Below are positions 8,762-17,147 of a stretch of 36,610 bases of DNA, piece by piece. A program made the translations under genes and the position numbers. The DNA is from a virus: IMG/VR virus record IMGVR_UViG_3300008213_000001, one strand, 5' to 3'. Under the pieces are notes generated by a model. The model was not told where the DNA came from. It saw only the letters and a program-made list of their open reading frames with translations, and ran no database searches. The stretch's first letter is position 1; every line of letters starts with the position of its first letter.

Positions 8762-9249
8762 GCGAAACCACTTACAACAAAACCAAGCTTGAGCACCTGA
8801 CGGACTACATCGTCAGTCACCTGAACTCCAATGTGCTCGATAACAAAATCGATGCCTGGCAGGAAAACGGCTCCATCGTGCCAAACGGTGAAGACAGAGG
8901 GAACGGCGGTTATATCGCTTGTCACTGGAAGTACAACGCAGTGATCAGTATTGAAGAGTTTCCGCACCGACTTCTGGACCCTCGCTGCTTACTTGCTCTG
9001 GTTGCCTGTTGGCTGAGCGATTACGACACCACGCGTAATGAAGATGAGTTAGGCGACCCAGACCTTTCGGTTGATGTGATCAGCAGTGAAGTAGCCGACG
9101 TTGCCATTGAACTGGAAATGATGGAGCCGATTGAGCTGATTCCTGACCCTGCGGGAATGATCACTTGGCGAGGGGAAACCTACCGAGTACAGGCCGTTGA
9201 AATCTACACCGCAGAAGAAGCGGAGTTGGTGAATGAAGCCGCAAATTAA
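8758..9249 (+). CDS. Tail completion protein (P2 gpR-like, 163 aa)
   Basis: Pattern ...IDAWQENGSIVPN...YNAVISIEEF...LLALVACWLSDYD...DLSVDVIS...AIELEMME parallels P2 gpR blocks. Confidence 0.6.
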   Translation: MSETTYNKTKLEHLTDYIVSHLNSNVLDNKIDAWQENGSIVPNGEDRGNGGYIACHWKYNAVISIEEFPHRLLDPRCLLALVACWLSDYDTTRNEDELGDPDLSVDVISSEVADVAIELEMMEPIELIPDPAGMITWRGETYRVQAVEIYTAEEAELVNEAAN

Positions 9250-9889
9250 GGTCAATGAGCGCGATGTGCTCAACATGCAGGAAAAGCTGGCCATGCTGGC
9301 TCTGCCACCTAAAAAGCGAGTCTGGATACTGAAAACCCTTGGCCGTTGGGAAACGACCAATACCAGAAAGCGCATTCGGTCCCAAAAAGACGTTAACGTA
9401 CGCGCTCTGCAACCGAAGAAAGGAAAGAAGAAAGGCAAAGTTTTAAAGCGGATGGCAAAGGGCTTAACGCCTTATGTGAGAAACGCCAACCAGCTTGATT
9501 TGACTTGGAATAACAAGTTAACCGCAAAAATCGCAGCAAGGCACCACCTTGGTCAAAAGCAAAAAATGACCAAGCGCCAAATGCAAAAGCGATGGGGCAA
9601 ACCGGATTACTCAGCACCTTGTACCAAGGGGCAAGCGAGAAAGCTAAGAGAACTGGGTTACACGGTACCGAGAAAAAGTGGCAAAGGACGAAAGAAAGCC
9701 AGCTTACGTGAGTTGATGGCAACCATCACCCATGGACAAGCAGGACAGCTCATTCGAGAACTCTCTAATCAGCCAAATATCACCAGTTGGGATATTCCAT
9801 TAGCAGAGCGTCAGATTCTCGGTAGTAAAGAACGTGAAGTGAACCGCCAGCTCATCAAGATATTTGAGCAGGCAAAACAGAGGAAATAA
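9233..9889 (+). CDS. Virion morphogenesis/tail completion protein (gpS-like N-terminus with a long basic extension, 218 aa)
   Basis: N-terminal pattern LAMLALPPKKRVWILKTLGRWETTNTRKRIRSQ resembles the virion morphogenesis family. The remainder is K/R-rich. Confidence 0.5.
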   Translation: MKPQIKVNERDVLNMQEKLAMLALPPKKRVWILKTLGRWETTNTRKRIRSQKDVNVRALQPKKGKKKGKVLKRMAKGLTPYVRNANQLDLTWNNKLTAKIAARHHLGQKQKMTKRQMQKRWGKPDYSAPCTKGQARKLRELGYTVPRKSGKGRKKASLRELMATITHGQAGQLIRELSNQPNITSWDIPLAERQILGSKEREVNRQLIKIFEQAKQRK

Positions 9890-9892
9890 CCA

Positions 9893-11023
9893 ATGGCAAC
9901 CGGAAAGGTAGAGGTTAACAATCTCAATTTGGCACAAGGCGGTATCCCTGAGATAGAACGTCACGTGCTTTTCATCGGGCGTACTGACAAGGCAGAACTG
10001 CAAGGCAGAGTGACCCGCATTAATAACATGACCAACCTTGACGAAGTTGTCGCCGATGATGCGCTTGGTCTTAACGTGAAGGCAGCTCAGCTTAACGGTA
10101 AGCAAAACTGGACGGGTGCGATTGTCGGCTTAGATGCAGATGATACGTGGCAAGATGCTGTTGATCTGGCGAACCGGATTGACTCATTCGAAGGCATTGC
10201 TATTTGTGACCCAGTCACGGTCAAAACTCAGTTTGATGATATGCAGTCGAAAGCAACCGAGCTGACTAGCAAACTTGGTCGTTGGGTGTTCTTCCTCGCC
10301 GCTTGTGCGGGCATTGATTCAACCCCTGATACAGGCCAAACGTGGGCAGAGTACGAAACCGCCATGCTTGACCTGGTGAAAGATGTTTCTGCAAACCTCG
10401 TGACACCCGTTCCTCAGCTTAACGGCAATAACGTGGGTGTACTTGCTGGTCGTCTATGTGATCGAAATGTCACGGTAGCAGACAGCCCGATGCGTGTCGC
10501 AACAGGCTCAGTATTGAGTTTGGGAGACATGCCAACGGACAGCGCAGGCAAAGCATTAGAGATGAGCACCATCGCTACGCTGGCAGACGCACGTTACTCA
10601 CTGCCGCAATGGTATGCCGATTTAGAAGGGGTGTACTGGTCGGACGCAACCACATTGGAAGCCAAAGGCGGCGATTATCAGTACCTCGAATACGTTCGCC
10701 CTGTTCACAAGCTTAACCGCCGTGTGCGTATCAAAGCGATTCGCCGTATTGCCGACCGCATTCTTAACTCAACGCCTGCAAGCATTGAGCTGAACCGCAC
10801 TTACTTCCGCAAAGATATGCGTGATATGTCGAAAACGACAGAAGTTGGTGGCATTACCTTCCCTGGTGAAATCATGCCGCCAGAAGATGGTGACGTCACC
10901 ATTCAGTGGGTAACCAAAACCAAAGTGTCGATCGGTTTGATGGTTCGTCCTCATAACTGCCCGAAACAGATCGTGGTCAACATCGCGCTTGATCTTACTA
11001 ACCCTGCAGATTTGGAGGCGTAA
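9893..11023 (+). CDS. Tail sheath protein (376 aa), putative
   Basis: Size and position immediately upstream of a roughly 150-aa tube-sized gene in a contractile-tail gene set. No motif-level recognition. Confidence 0.6.
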   Translation: MATGKVEVNNLNLAQGGIPEIERHVLFIGRTDKAELQGRVTRINNMTNLDEVVADDALGLNVKAAQLNGKQNWTGAIVGLDADDTWQDAVDLANRIDSFEGIAICDPVTVKTQFDDMQSKATELTSKLGRWVFFLAACAGIDSTPDTGQTWAEYETAMLDLVKDVSANLVTPVPQLNGNNVGVLAGRLCDRNVTVADSPMRVATGSVLSLGDMPTDSAGKALEMSTIATLADARYSLPQWYADLEGVYWSDATTLEAKGGDYQYLEYVRPVHKLNRRVRIKAIRRIADRILNSTPASIELNRTYFRKDMRDMSKTTEVGGITFPGEIMPPEDGDVTIQWVTKTKVSIGLMVRPHNCPKQIVVNIALDLTNPADLEA

Positions 11024-11026
11024 TCC

Positions 11027-11476
11027 ATGAGAATTTCTGGCAAGAACATGCATTTCTCTTTGGGTGACTACAAGCTCAAAGCACAAAAAGTCTCGTTATC
11101 CATTACCGATAATTCCGCCGTCAATAAAACCTCTGGTGTGCCAGATGGTTACGTCGACGGAGATGTTGAGGCTAGTGGTGAAATGGAGCTGACCACGCAG
11201 CAATTTAACCTGCTAAGCAAAGCAGCGAAACAAGCCGGCTCTTGGCGTGGAATGCCTGATTTTGACGCGCTGTTCTACGGCAAGATTGATAAAGATGAGC
11301 TGAAAATTGAAGCCTTCGGATGTCGTATCAAAATCTCTGACCTACTTGATGCCGATTCGAATGGCGGTAGTGCATTAGTTCACAAGTTGCCGTTCGAGGT
11401 GACAAGCCCAGACTTTGTCAGCATCAACGGTGTGCCGTACCTACGTCCGGATGAAACCGAAGATTTAGTTCAATAA
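11027..11476 (+). CDS. Tail tube protein (149 aa), putative
   Basis: Size and position directly after the sheath candidate. Confidence 0.55.
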   Translation: MRISGKNMHFSLGDYKLKAQKVSLSITDNSAVNKTSGVPDGYVDGDVEASGEMELTTQQFNLLSKAAKQAGSWRGMPDFDALFYGKIDKDELKIEAFGCRIKISDLLDADSNGGSALVHKLPFEVTSPDFVSINGVPYLRPDETEDLVQ

Positions 11477-11485
11477 CAAGGAGGC

Positions 11486-11707
11486 ATGATGGCAGATGTT
11501 ATCGACCATGCCTGCGGTATTGAAACCCAATTCACAGAAGTGGCGCTTGCCAACCAACTGGCAAGGGCTAAGCGAATTGAAGAACGGGAAAGCGCACATG
11601 AATGCGGCGAATGTGGCGACCCAATCCCAGAAAAACGCCGCCAAAAAGTACCAGGTTGCATCTACTGCACCCAGTGTCAAAGCGAATTGGAGCGAATGAC
11701 TCGATGA
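11486..11707 (+). CDS. TraR/DksA-family C4 zinc-finger protein (73 aa)
   Basis: CGECGDPIPEKRRQKVPGCIYCTQCQ matches the CxxCG..IP..RR...P....C..CQ signature of TraR/DksA. Confidence 0.8.
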   Translation: MMADVIDHACGIETQFTEVALANQLARAKRIEERESAHECGECGDPIPEKRRQKVPGCIYCTQCQSELERMTR

Positions 11708-12201
11708 ATTTAGCAGAGCTCTTTGTTGAGAAAATCATGAAGCCAGTCCTTGACCACTTAGATATGGCATCCGGTGGTAAAGGCACAATGAACACTCAAG
11801 CGGCCATTAATCTGATCCTGATGATTATTGCCCATGAGTCTGGAAAGTTTACTTACTCAAAACAAGTACGTGGTCCTGCATTGGGGTTTACCCAAATGGA
11901 GCCAGCCACCTTCAACTGGCTTGTCGAGTGGTTAGGTAACAGCCGCCCTCACTTGTTGGATGCACTGTCGATGTTTTGCCCCGTTGAGCACTTAGACCCT
12001 CGTTACATGGTGATTTCACCCGAGTTCGCAGTGGCAACCGCACGACTCAATTTAATTCGGTTCCCAGAAGCCTTGCCAGAAGCCGATGACCTAGAAGGTT
12101 TGGCTCGGTACGCGAAGAAGTACTGGAACACAAGCGCAGGTAAAGCAACAGCAGAAGATTACCTACAGGCATATCAATCCCTAATCGGAGAAGCAGCATG
12201 A
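11704..12201 (+). CDS. Endolysin, lytic-transglycosylase-like (165 aa from ATG 11704)
   Basis: AHESGKFTYSKQVRGPALGFTQMEP resembles the SLT catalytic E-S ... G-x-x-Q motif. ATGA overlap with the TraR stop. The ORF-track N-terminal extension (11602) overlaps the TraR gene and is rejected. Confidence 0.65.
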   Translation: MNLAELFVEKIMKPVLDHLDMASGGKGTMNTQAAINLILMIIAHESGKFTYSKQVRGPALGFTQMEPATFNWLVEWLGNSRPHLLDALSMFCPVEHLDPRYMVISPEFAVATARLNLIRFPEALPEADDLEGLARYAKKYWNTSAGKATAEDYLQAYQSLIGEAA

Positions 12202-12428
12202 ATTTCTTAACTGGAATCGTTGGCAAGACATTGTTGGAAGTACTGAAAGGTCTGTTCTTTCAAATCAGTTGGTCAATCATCCTTGAACGTTTCGCCACAC
12301 GCTCAGTGGTGTGGGGCTTAGAAACCCTAAAAGGCTTAACTAGCAATGATGTGATGCAAGAAACGGTTGACGACATCATCAACGCATTACAAGGCAAACG
12401 CTTGAAAGAAATTCCACAGAAGGAATAG
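12198..12428 (+). CDS. Hypothetical protein (76 aa), possible lysis accessory
   Basis: ATGA-coupled to the endolysin gene. No clear motif. Confidence 0.4.
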   Translation: MNFLTGIVGKTLLEVLKGLFFQISWSIILERFATRSVVWGLETLKGLTSNDVMQETVDDIINALQGKRLKEIPQKE

Positions 12429-12430
12429 CG

Positions 12431-12715
12431 ATGGATTCATCATGGATATCGGCGATTGTGGCAACGATAGCGCTGCTTATCGCCATCATCAATGTGGTTT
12501 TCGGCAGAACGGATAAAGGGCAAAGCACCGCCCGAGACCATGACCGTCGTATCCATGCCAATGAGCTAGCCACTGAGCGACTGCGCGGAGATGTCGCCGA
12601 AAAGTACGCCACTAAGCACGAACTACGGGAAGCCGTAGATGATTTGAAAGATTCTATAAACGGACGATTCGACCGTTTAGAAACCAAGTTAGATAAAGAG
12701 AGAGATGTAGCATGA
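12431..12715 (+). CDS. N-terminally membrane-anchored coiled-coil protein (94 aa), holin/spanin-like
   Basis: TM segment SWISAIVATIALLIAIINVVFG followed by a charged helical region. Located in the lysis cluster. Confidence 0.4.
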   Translation: MDSSWISAIVATIALLIAIINVVFGRTDKGQSTARDHDRRIHANELATERLRGDVAEKYATKHELREAVDDLKDSINGRFDRLETKLDKERDVA

Positions 12716-12975
12716 GCAAACAAATTGCACTAACGGTTGGTGATGCAGATATCACGTTTGTCCCGACAGAAGCAGATTACAACGACTACATGAACGCGTT
12801 GGCACAGGGGGAAATCGTGAACTCTGCGCATAACTTTCTGATGAACACCGTTACAGAAGAAAGCAAAGAAGTATTCCGTGAACTGACGAACGAGAACCCA
12901 GGAGCTGCGATTCAGGTTGTGGGTGAAGTTCTGAAGGAATACACGCCGAAGCTGCAAATCAAAGTAAAAAAATAG
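12712..12975 (+). CDS. Tail assembly chaperone (P2 gpE-like, 87 aa)
   Basis: Small acidic ORF immediately upstream of the tape measure. Ends in a run of seven A residues followed by TAG. Confidence 0.7.
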   Translation: MSKQIALTVGDADITFVPTEADYNDYMNALAQGEIVNSAHNFLMNTVTEESKEVFRELTNENPGAAIQVVGEVLKEYTPKLQIKVKK

Positions 12976-13160
12976 ATGCCCTTGTTCGGGCTATGGACTC
13001 CAACGAGCTCGAACAAATGCTCACCTGGCGCCGTAAGTGGTTGCCGGGTGAGACAGACAGCGAAGAGAACCTTGCAAGGGCAATTTGGTTAGAAACGAAG
13101 TACTGGCAGAACATGCAAAGCACCATGGCTAACGGTGTGGCAAAGGCATTTAGTGGTTAA
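12712..13160 (+). CDS. Tail chaperone -1 frameshift fusion (gpE+E'-like, about 149 aa)
   Basis: A AAA AAA heptamer at 12966-12972 lies just before the stop at 12973-12975. The -1 frame is open from 12972 to TAA 13158-13160 (IDALVRAMDSNELEQMLTWRRKWLPGETDSEENLARAIWLETKYWQNMQSTMANGVAKAFSG). This fills the otherwise unexplained 208-bp gap before the tape measure. Confidence 0.65.
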
Positions 13161-13183
13161 TCCACCGGTAATAGGACGCATCA

Positions 13184-15019
13184 ATGCTACCAGAAGCACT
13201 CACATTTAGAGTTGGACTGATAAACCAGATATCAAAACCTCTGGGTAACATTCAGCGTCAACTAAATGATGTCACCAATACCTATCGTAAGGGTACACAT
13301 ACCATGATGGCGGGTACCGCAGGAATGGTGGGTGCAGGTTTTGCGCTGCAAAATGCATTGATGCCTGCGATTGAAATGGATCGTGTTCTGGGCGAAGTAA
13401 AATCATTGGGCGTGGTTGATGAACAGCTTCAGCAACTGAGTGACACGGCGCTTAATTTTGCGGTGGATTACGGCAAGTCGGCAACGGAATTCGTGGCGGC
13501 TTCGTATGACATTCAGTCGGCAATTTCAGGATTAGCAGGTAATGAACTTTCCGAGTTTACCCGCGCCTCTGGTGTGCTTGCGGCGGCGACAAAAGCCGAT
13601 ACCTCAACCATTACCAATTACGTTGGCACCATGTACGGCATTTTCCAGAATAGCGCGAACCAAATGGGTAAAGCCGACTGGGTGAACATGCTTGGTGGGC
13701 AGACTGCACGAGCGGTTCAGATGTTTAAGACCACTGGTGATCAGATGTCGGCTGCGTTTACCTCTGTGGGCGCTTCGGCTACCTCTGTTGGTGTGGGAAT
13801 GACTGAACAGATGGCAATCCTTGGTACGTTGCAAGCCACGATGAGTGGTAGTGAAGCGGGTACCAAATATCGTGCTTTCCTTGCAGGTGCGGCAAAGGCT
13901 CAAGATGCGCTGAATATGTCGTTTACCGATGCACAAGGTCAGTTGTTACCGATTGTCGATATTTTGAATCAAATCAAAGGTCGATACGGTGACACGATTT
14001 CGGTTGCGGAAGCGGCAGAGTTAAGTAAAGCATTTGGTACTCAAGAAGCCACGGCAATGATTCAACTGCTGATGCAAAACACGGATGGACTTGCGAACTC
14101 GATTGATGAACTCGGTAAGGTCAATGGTCTCGATGTGGCTGAGCAAATGGCCGGAGCAATGACCGACCAATGGGAGCGCCTAGAGCAAGGTGTGTTTGCT
14201 GTTCGCGCGGCATTTGGGCAAGCCTTGTTACCAGTGATCCTCCCTGTAGTGGAAATGTTTGCCAACGGCGCAAAAGAAATCATGCTCTGGACGAAACTCT
14301 TTCCAAACATTACCAAGTACATTGGTTTAGCGGCAGTCGCTTTACTCGGTCTGGTTGCTGTAGGCGGAATGATCACCGTGCTTACCGGAGCAGTGACAGT
14401 CGCATGGGCCACCTTCGGCCTTGGTGTGACTGCAATCAAAGGCGCAACGCTCGCCATGTGGTCATTCTCTAAGAGCGCAATGGCCGCGATGTGGTCAGTA
14501 GTCAAACTCACGGCTGCCTTACTTGCCAATCCAATTACTTGGGTCGTTATCGGTATCGTTGCTCTCATCGGTGCAGTCGCTGCATTGGTTTACTACTGGG
14601 ACGATTTAAAAGCGGCATTCCTTACTTTTACCACCTTGGCAAAGCAAGGCTGGAATGATTTCCTGTTTGCGATGCAAAACACAGAGGCATTCCAAGCTGT
14701 TGCGGGCTTGGCTGAAAGCATGCGAAACGCGTTCATGAGTGTATTTAACTGGATTATTGGTAAGTACAACCAAGTCATGGACATGGTGAAAAGTGTCACT
14801 GATTGGATACCGGGGTTCGGTGGCGATGATGATACCAAAGTCAAATCGACCTCCGTTAACGGTGCAGAGGCAAAGCTTCAAGTCCAGCCAGGTGGCGTAG
14901 CCAAGAGCATTGCCAATTATCAAACCAGTTCGACGAACTACGGCGGTGTGGCGATTTATCCAACCTACATGAACAGCCCGCAAGACATGGCGAGTGAAAT
15001 AGAAATGGCGGCAGGCTAA
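13184..15019 (+). CDS. Tail tape measure protein (611 aa)
   Basis: Long Ala/Gly/Met-rich helical protein with a central hydrophobic block, located after the chaperone pair. Confidence 0.85.
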   Translation: MLPEALTFRVGLINQISKPLGNIQRQLNDVTNTYRKGTHTMMAGTAGMVGAGFALQNALMPAIEMDRVLGEVKSLGVVDEQLQQLSDTALNFAVDYGKSATEFVAASYDIQSAISGLAGNELSEFTRASGVLAAATKADTSTITNYVGTMYGIFQNSANQMGKADWVNMLGGQTARAVQMFKTTGDQMSAAFTSVGASATSVGVGMTEQMAILGTLQATMSGSEAGTKYRAFLAGAAKAQDALNMSFTDAQGQLLPIVDILNQIKGRYGDTISVAEAAELSKAFGTQEATAMIQLLMQNTDGLANSIDELGKVNGLDVAEQMAGAMTDQWERLEQGVFAVRAAFGQALLPVILPVVEMFANGAKEIMLWTKLFPNITKYIGLAAVALLGLVAVGGMITVLTGAVTVAWATFGLGVTAIKGATLAMWSFSKSAMAAMWSVVKLTAALLANPITWVVIGIVALIGAVAALVYYWDDLKAAFLTFTTLAKQGWNDFLFAMQNTEAFQAVAGLAESMRNAFMSVFNWIIGKYNQVMDMVKSVTDWIPGFGGDDDTKVKSTSVNGAEAKLQVQPGGVAKSIANYQTSSTNYGGVAIYPTYMNSPQDMASEIEMAAG

Positions 15020-15360
15020 TGGCGGATTACAAATACCAGGACATTTTGATTGAGAACGGGGATGTGGTGCTCGATGCCGGCCGCAACCCAATCTTGATTC
15101 AAGACCGTGCAGTGATCGCCCAAGACATCAAACACGCCATCATCGAGAGCAACTTAGCGGTGGATTTAATCGCTGAGCGAAGCCCGTCAAAGAAAGCCGA
15201 TATCCGCACCAAGCTGGAATTGCTGGTTGAAGAAGACATTCGATTGGTACCAGGTACCGTGCGTTTGGATGAACAGACCGAGGGCACGATTTATGTCTTT
15301 GCCGACACCATGGACTTTGGCGAGTTGCAATTAGAAATAGTGAATAACGGAGAGCGTTAA
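15019..15360 (+). CDS. Small baseplate protein (gpW/gp25-like or DUF2590-like, 113 aa), putative
   Basis: Size and position immediately before the baseplate J-like gene. ATG overlaps the tape measure stop. Confidence 0.45.
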   Translation: MADYKYQDILIENGDVVLDAGRNPILIQDRAVIAQDIKHAIIESNLAVDLIAERSPSKKADIRTKLELLVEEDIRLVPGTVRLDEQTEGTIYVFADTMDFGELQLEIVNNGER

Positions 15361-16547
15361 TGGCTGATATTCCAAAACCAGATTATTCGGAACTGGTGAA
15401 GCAATCTGGCATTCCAACTGATAAAGACGGCTGGAAGAAAGTGCTCAAGGAAGAAATGAACAAAGAAGAATGCATCATTTCCAACGACTCGCCGTTTTCT
15501 CCTTTCTGGCGTCTCATCGAGTCAACAGTGGTTAGTGTGACTCTGTGGCTAATTAACACTCTGTTGGTTGGCTATGTTCTACCAAACATGTTTGTTGCAA
15601 CGGCGATTGACCAATGGCTCGACCTGTTGGCATGGCAGTGCAAACTCACTCGAAAAGGCGCGACAAAAGCCAAAGGTATGATCGCGTTTCAGCGTTCTGC
15701 ACCGAAAGGTCCTGCTCTGGTTATCCCTAAAGATACGTGGATTCAGACCGAACCAATTAACGGCACTATCTACCGTGTGAAAGTGCTTGCTGATACCACG
15801 ATGCCAGAAAACGAAACCATGGTGATGGCAGAGGTGGAAGCCGAAAACGAAGGCGCAGGCTACAACCTAGGCGAAGGTTACTACCACATTTTGCCAACGG
15901 CGATACCGGGCATTGGTGCGGTGACCAACCCTGCAGAATGGTTGAACGAGGCGGGTTCAGATAAAGAAAGCAATGATGAACTGCGTTTACGTGTTCGCAA
16001 CCAATGGAGCGCGGTTGCCCGATGGCATATTGATGCGGCTTACCGTTCGCTACTTACCAGTCGCGCAGGCATCAACGACGACAACGTGTATTTTGAGCAT
16101 AACGCCCCGCGTGGTCCAGGTACCGCCAACGCGTTAATTCTTCTCGATACGGGTGAGCCTTCATCCGACATGCTTGCTGATTTGAATGAGTACATTCGCA
16201 TTGAAGGGCAACACGGTCACGGTGATGATCTGCAAGTTTTAGCGATGCCAGAAACCACTCACGATATTACCTGCCGAGTTTGGCCGCAGCGTTCTTTGAC
16301 GATGGAAGACCGAGAAGCGTTACGAGTGAAGGTGGAGCAATTCATCGGAGCAGCATTCCGACAAAACACTGACTACTCGCCAACAGTGACCAATCCAGTG
16401 CTTCGATTCAGTTTCTCTCGCTTAGGACAAGAACTACACGCCCAGTTCTCAGAGATTGAATCATTAGAATTTGATAACGCTGACATCATCAACAATCTGA
16501 CCGTGCCGCGCATTAATACGTTGGAGGTGTCGATTGAACATTCCTGA
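15360..16547 (+). CDS. Baseplate J-like protein (395 aa)
   Basis: DQWLDLLAWQCKLTRKGATKAKGMIAFQR resembles the conserved baseplate J block. Synteny with I-like and fibre genes. Confidence 0.75.
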   Translation: MADIPKPDYSELVKQSGIPTDKDGWKKVLKEEMNKEECIISNDSPFSPFWRLIESTVVSVTLWLINTLLVGYVLPNMFVATAIDQWLDLLAWQCKLTRKGATKAKGMIAFQRSAPKGPALVIPKDTWIQTEPINGTIYRVKVLADTTMPENETMVMAEVEAENEGAGYNLGEGYYHILPTAIPGIGAVTNPAEWLNEAGSDKESNDELRLRVRNQWSAVARWHIDAAYRSLLTSRAGINDDNVYFEHNAPRGPGTANALILLDTGEPSSDMLADLNEYIRIEGQHGHGDDLQVLAMPETTHDITCRVWPQRSLTMEDREALRVKVEQFIGAAFRQNTDYSPTVTNPVLRFSFSRLGQELHAQFSEIESLEFDNADIINNLTVPRINTLEVSIEHS

Positions 16548-17136
16548 GATAAAGCTGCGTTACTGGATGGGTAGAGGCGAGCTGGCAAAGTTCGCCCGAG
16601 CCATGCGCAACTATTGGGGGCATGTAAAGGCGGCATTCGAAATGCCATTGCAACAGCATGACCCACTCACTGCACCAATGGCACTAGTGAATATCCTTGC
16701 TTGGCAACGTGAGATTGAACGACTAGGGCAAGAGCCGGAAGAGTTATTTCGAATTCGTGTGGCGCATGCCTACGGCTTTGCACGTGATGCGGGTTCGATT
16801 GCAGGTTGGGAAGATATGTTCGCCAAGTTGGGCTATCCGCATATCGGACAAGATGAACGTTTAACCAATGTGGATTGGGATGTAATCAGCTTAAAAATCC
16901 GCGATGGCGATTTAACCAACGTTCCTAAGCTGCTAGATACAGTAATCAGACAGTACGGCAGAACCTGCCGTCGTTACCAATACACCAGTTATGTAGAAAT
17001 GCCTTTGGCAGCGCGAAGCAAGAATATAGAAGCGCAGTATTTAATATCACACATCAAAACTCGACTAAACGTTGGCATGCTTCCAAATGTGCTCAACGTT
17101 GATTGCGAATATTACCAAGCCACAGTGAAAGGGTAA
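16534..17136 (+). CDS. Tail protein I-like baseplate component (200 aa, TTG start)
   Basis: TTG 16534 lies 4 nt after GGAGGTG. LVNILAWQREIERLGQEPEELFRIRVAHAYGFARDAGSIAGWEDMF resembles the gpI conserved region. Confidence 0.65.
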   Translation: MNIPEIKLRYWMGRGELAKFARAMRNYWGHVKAAFEMPLQQHDPLTAPMALVNILAWQREIERLGQEPEELFRIRVAHAYGFARDAGSIAGWEDMFAKLGYPHIGQDERLTNVDWDVISLKIRDGDLTNVPKLLDTVIRQYGRTCRRYQYTSYVEMPLAARSKNIEAQYLISHIKTRLNVGMLPNVLNVDCEYYQATVKG

Positions 17137-17147
17137 GGAATTTTAAA

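Noticed and set aside
8432-9438. Cluster of minus-strand ORFs (82-129 aa) across the gpL/gpR/gpS-like genes
   Set aside because: They are antisense to a tightly coupled plus-strand operon, with no RBS and no terminators. Their products are low complexity.
14062-15091. Two long minus-strand ORFs (168 aa and 161 aa) antisense to the tape measure gene
   Set aside because: They are fully embedded antisense in a long gene with the composition typical of tape measure proteins. Their products are Ala/Ser/Thr/Arg-rich mirror-frame artefacts without RBS.
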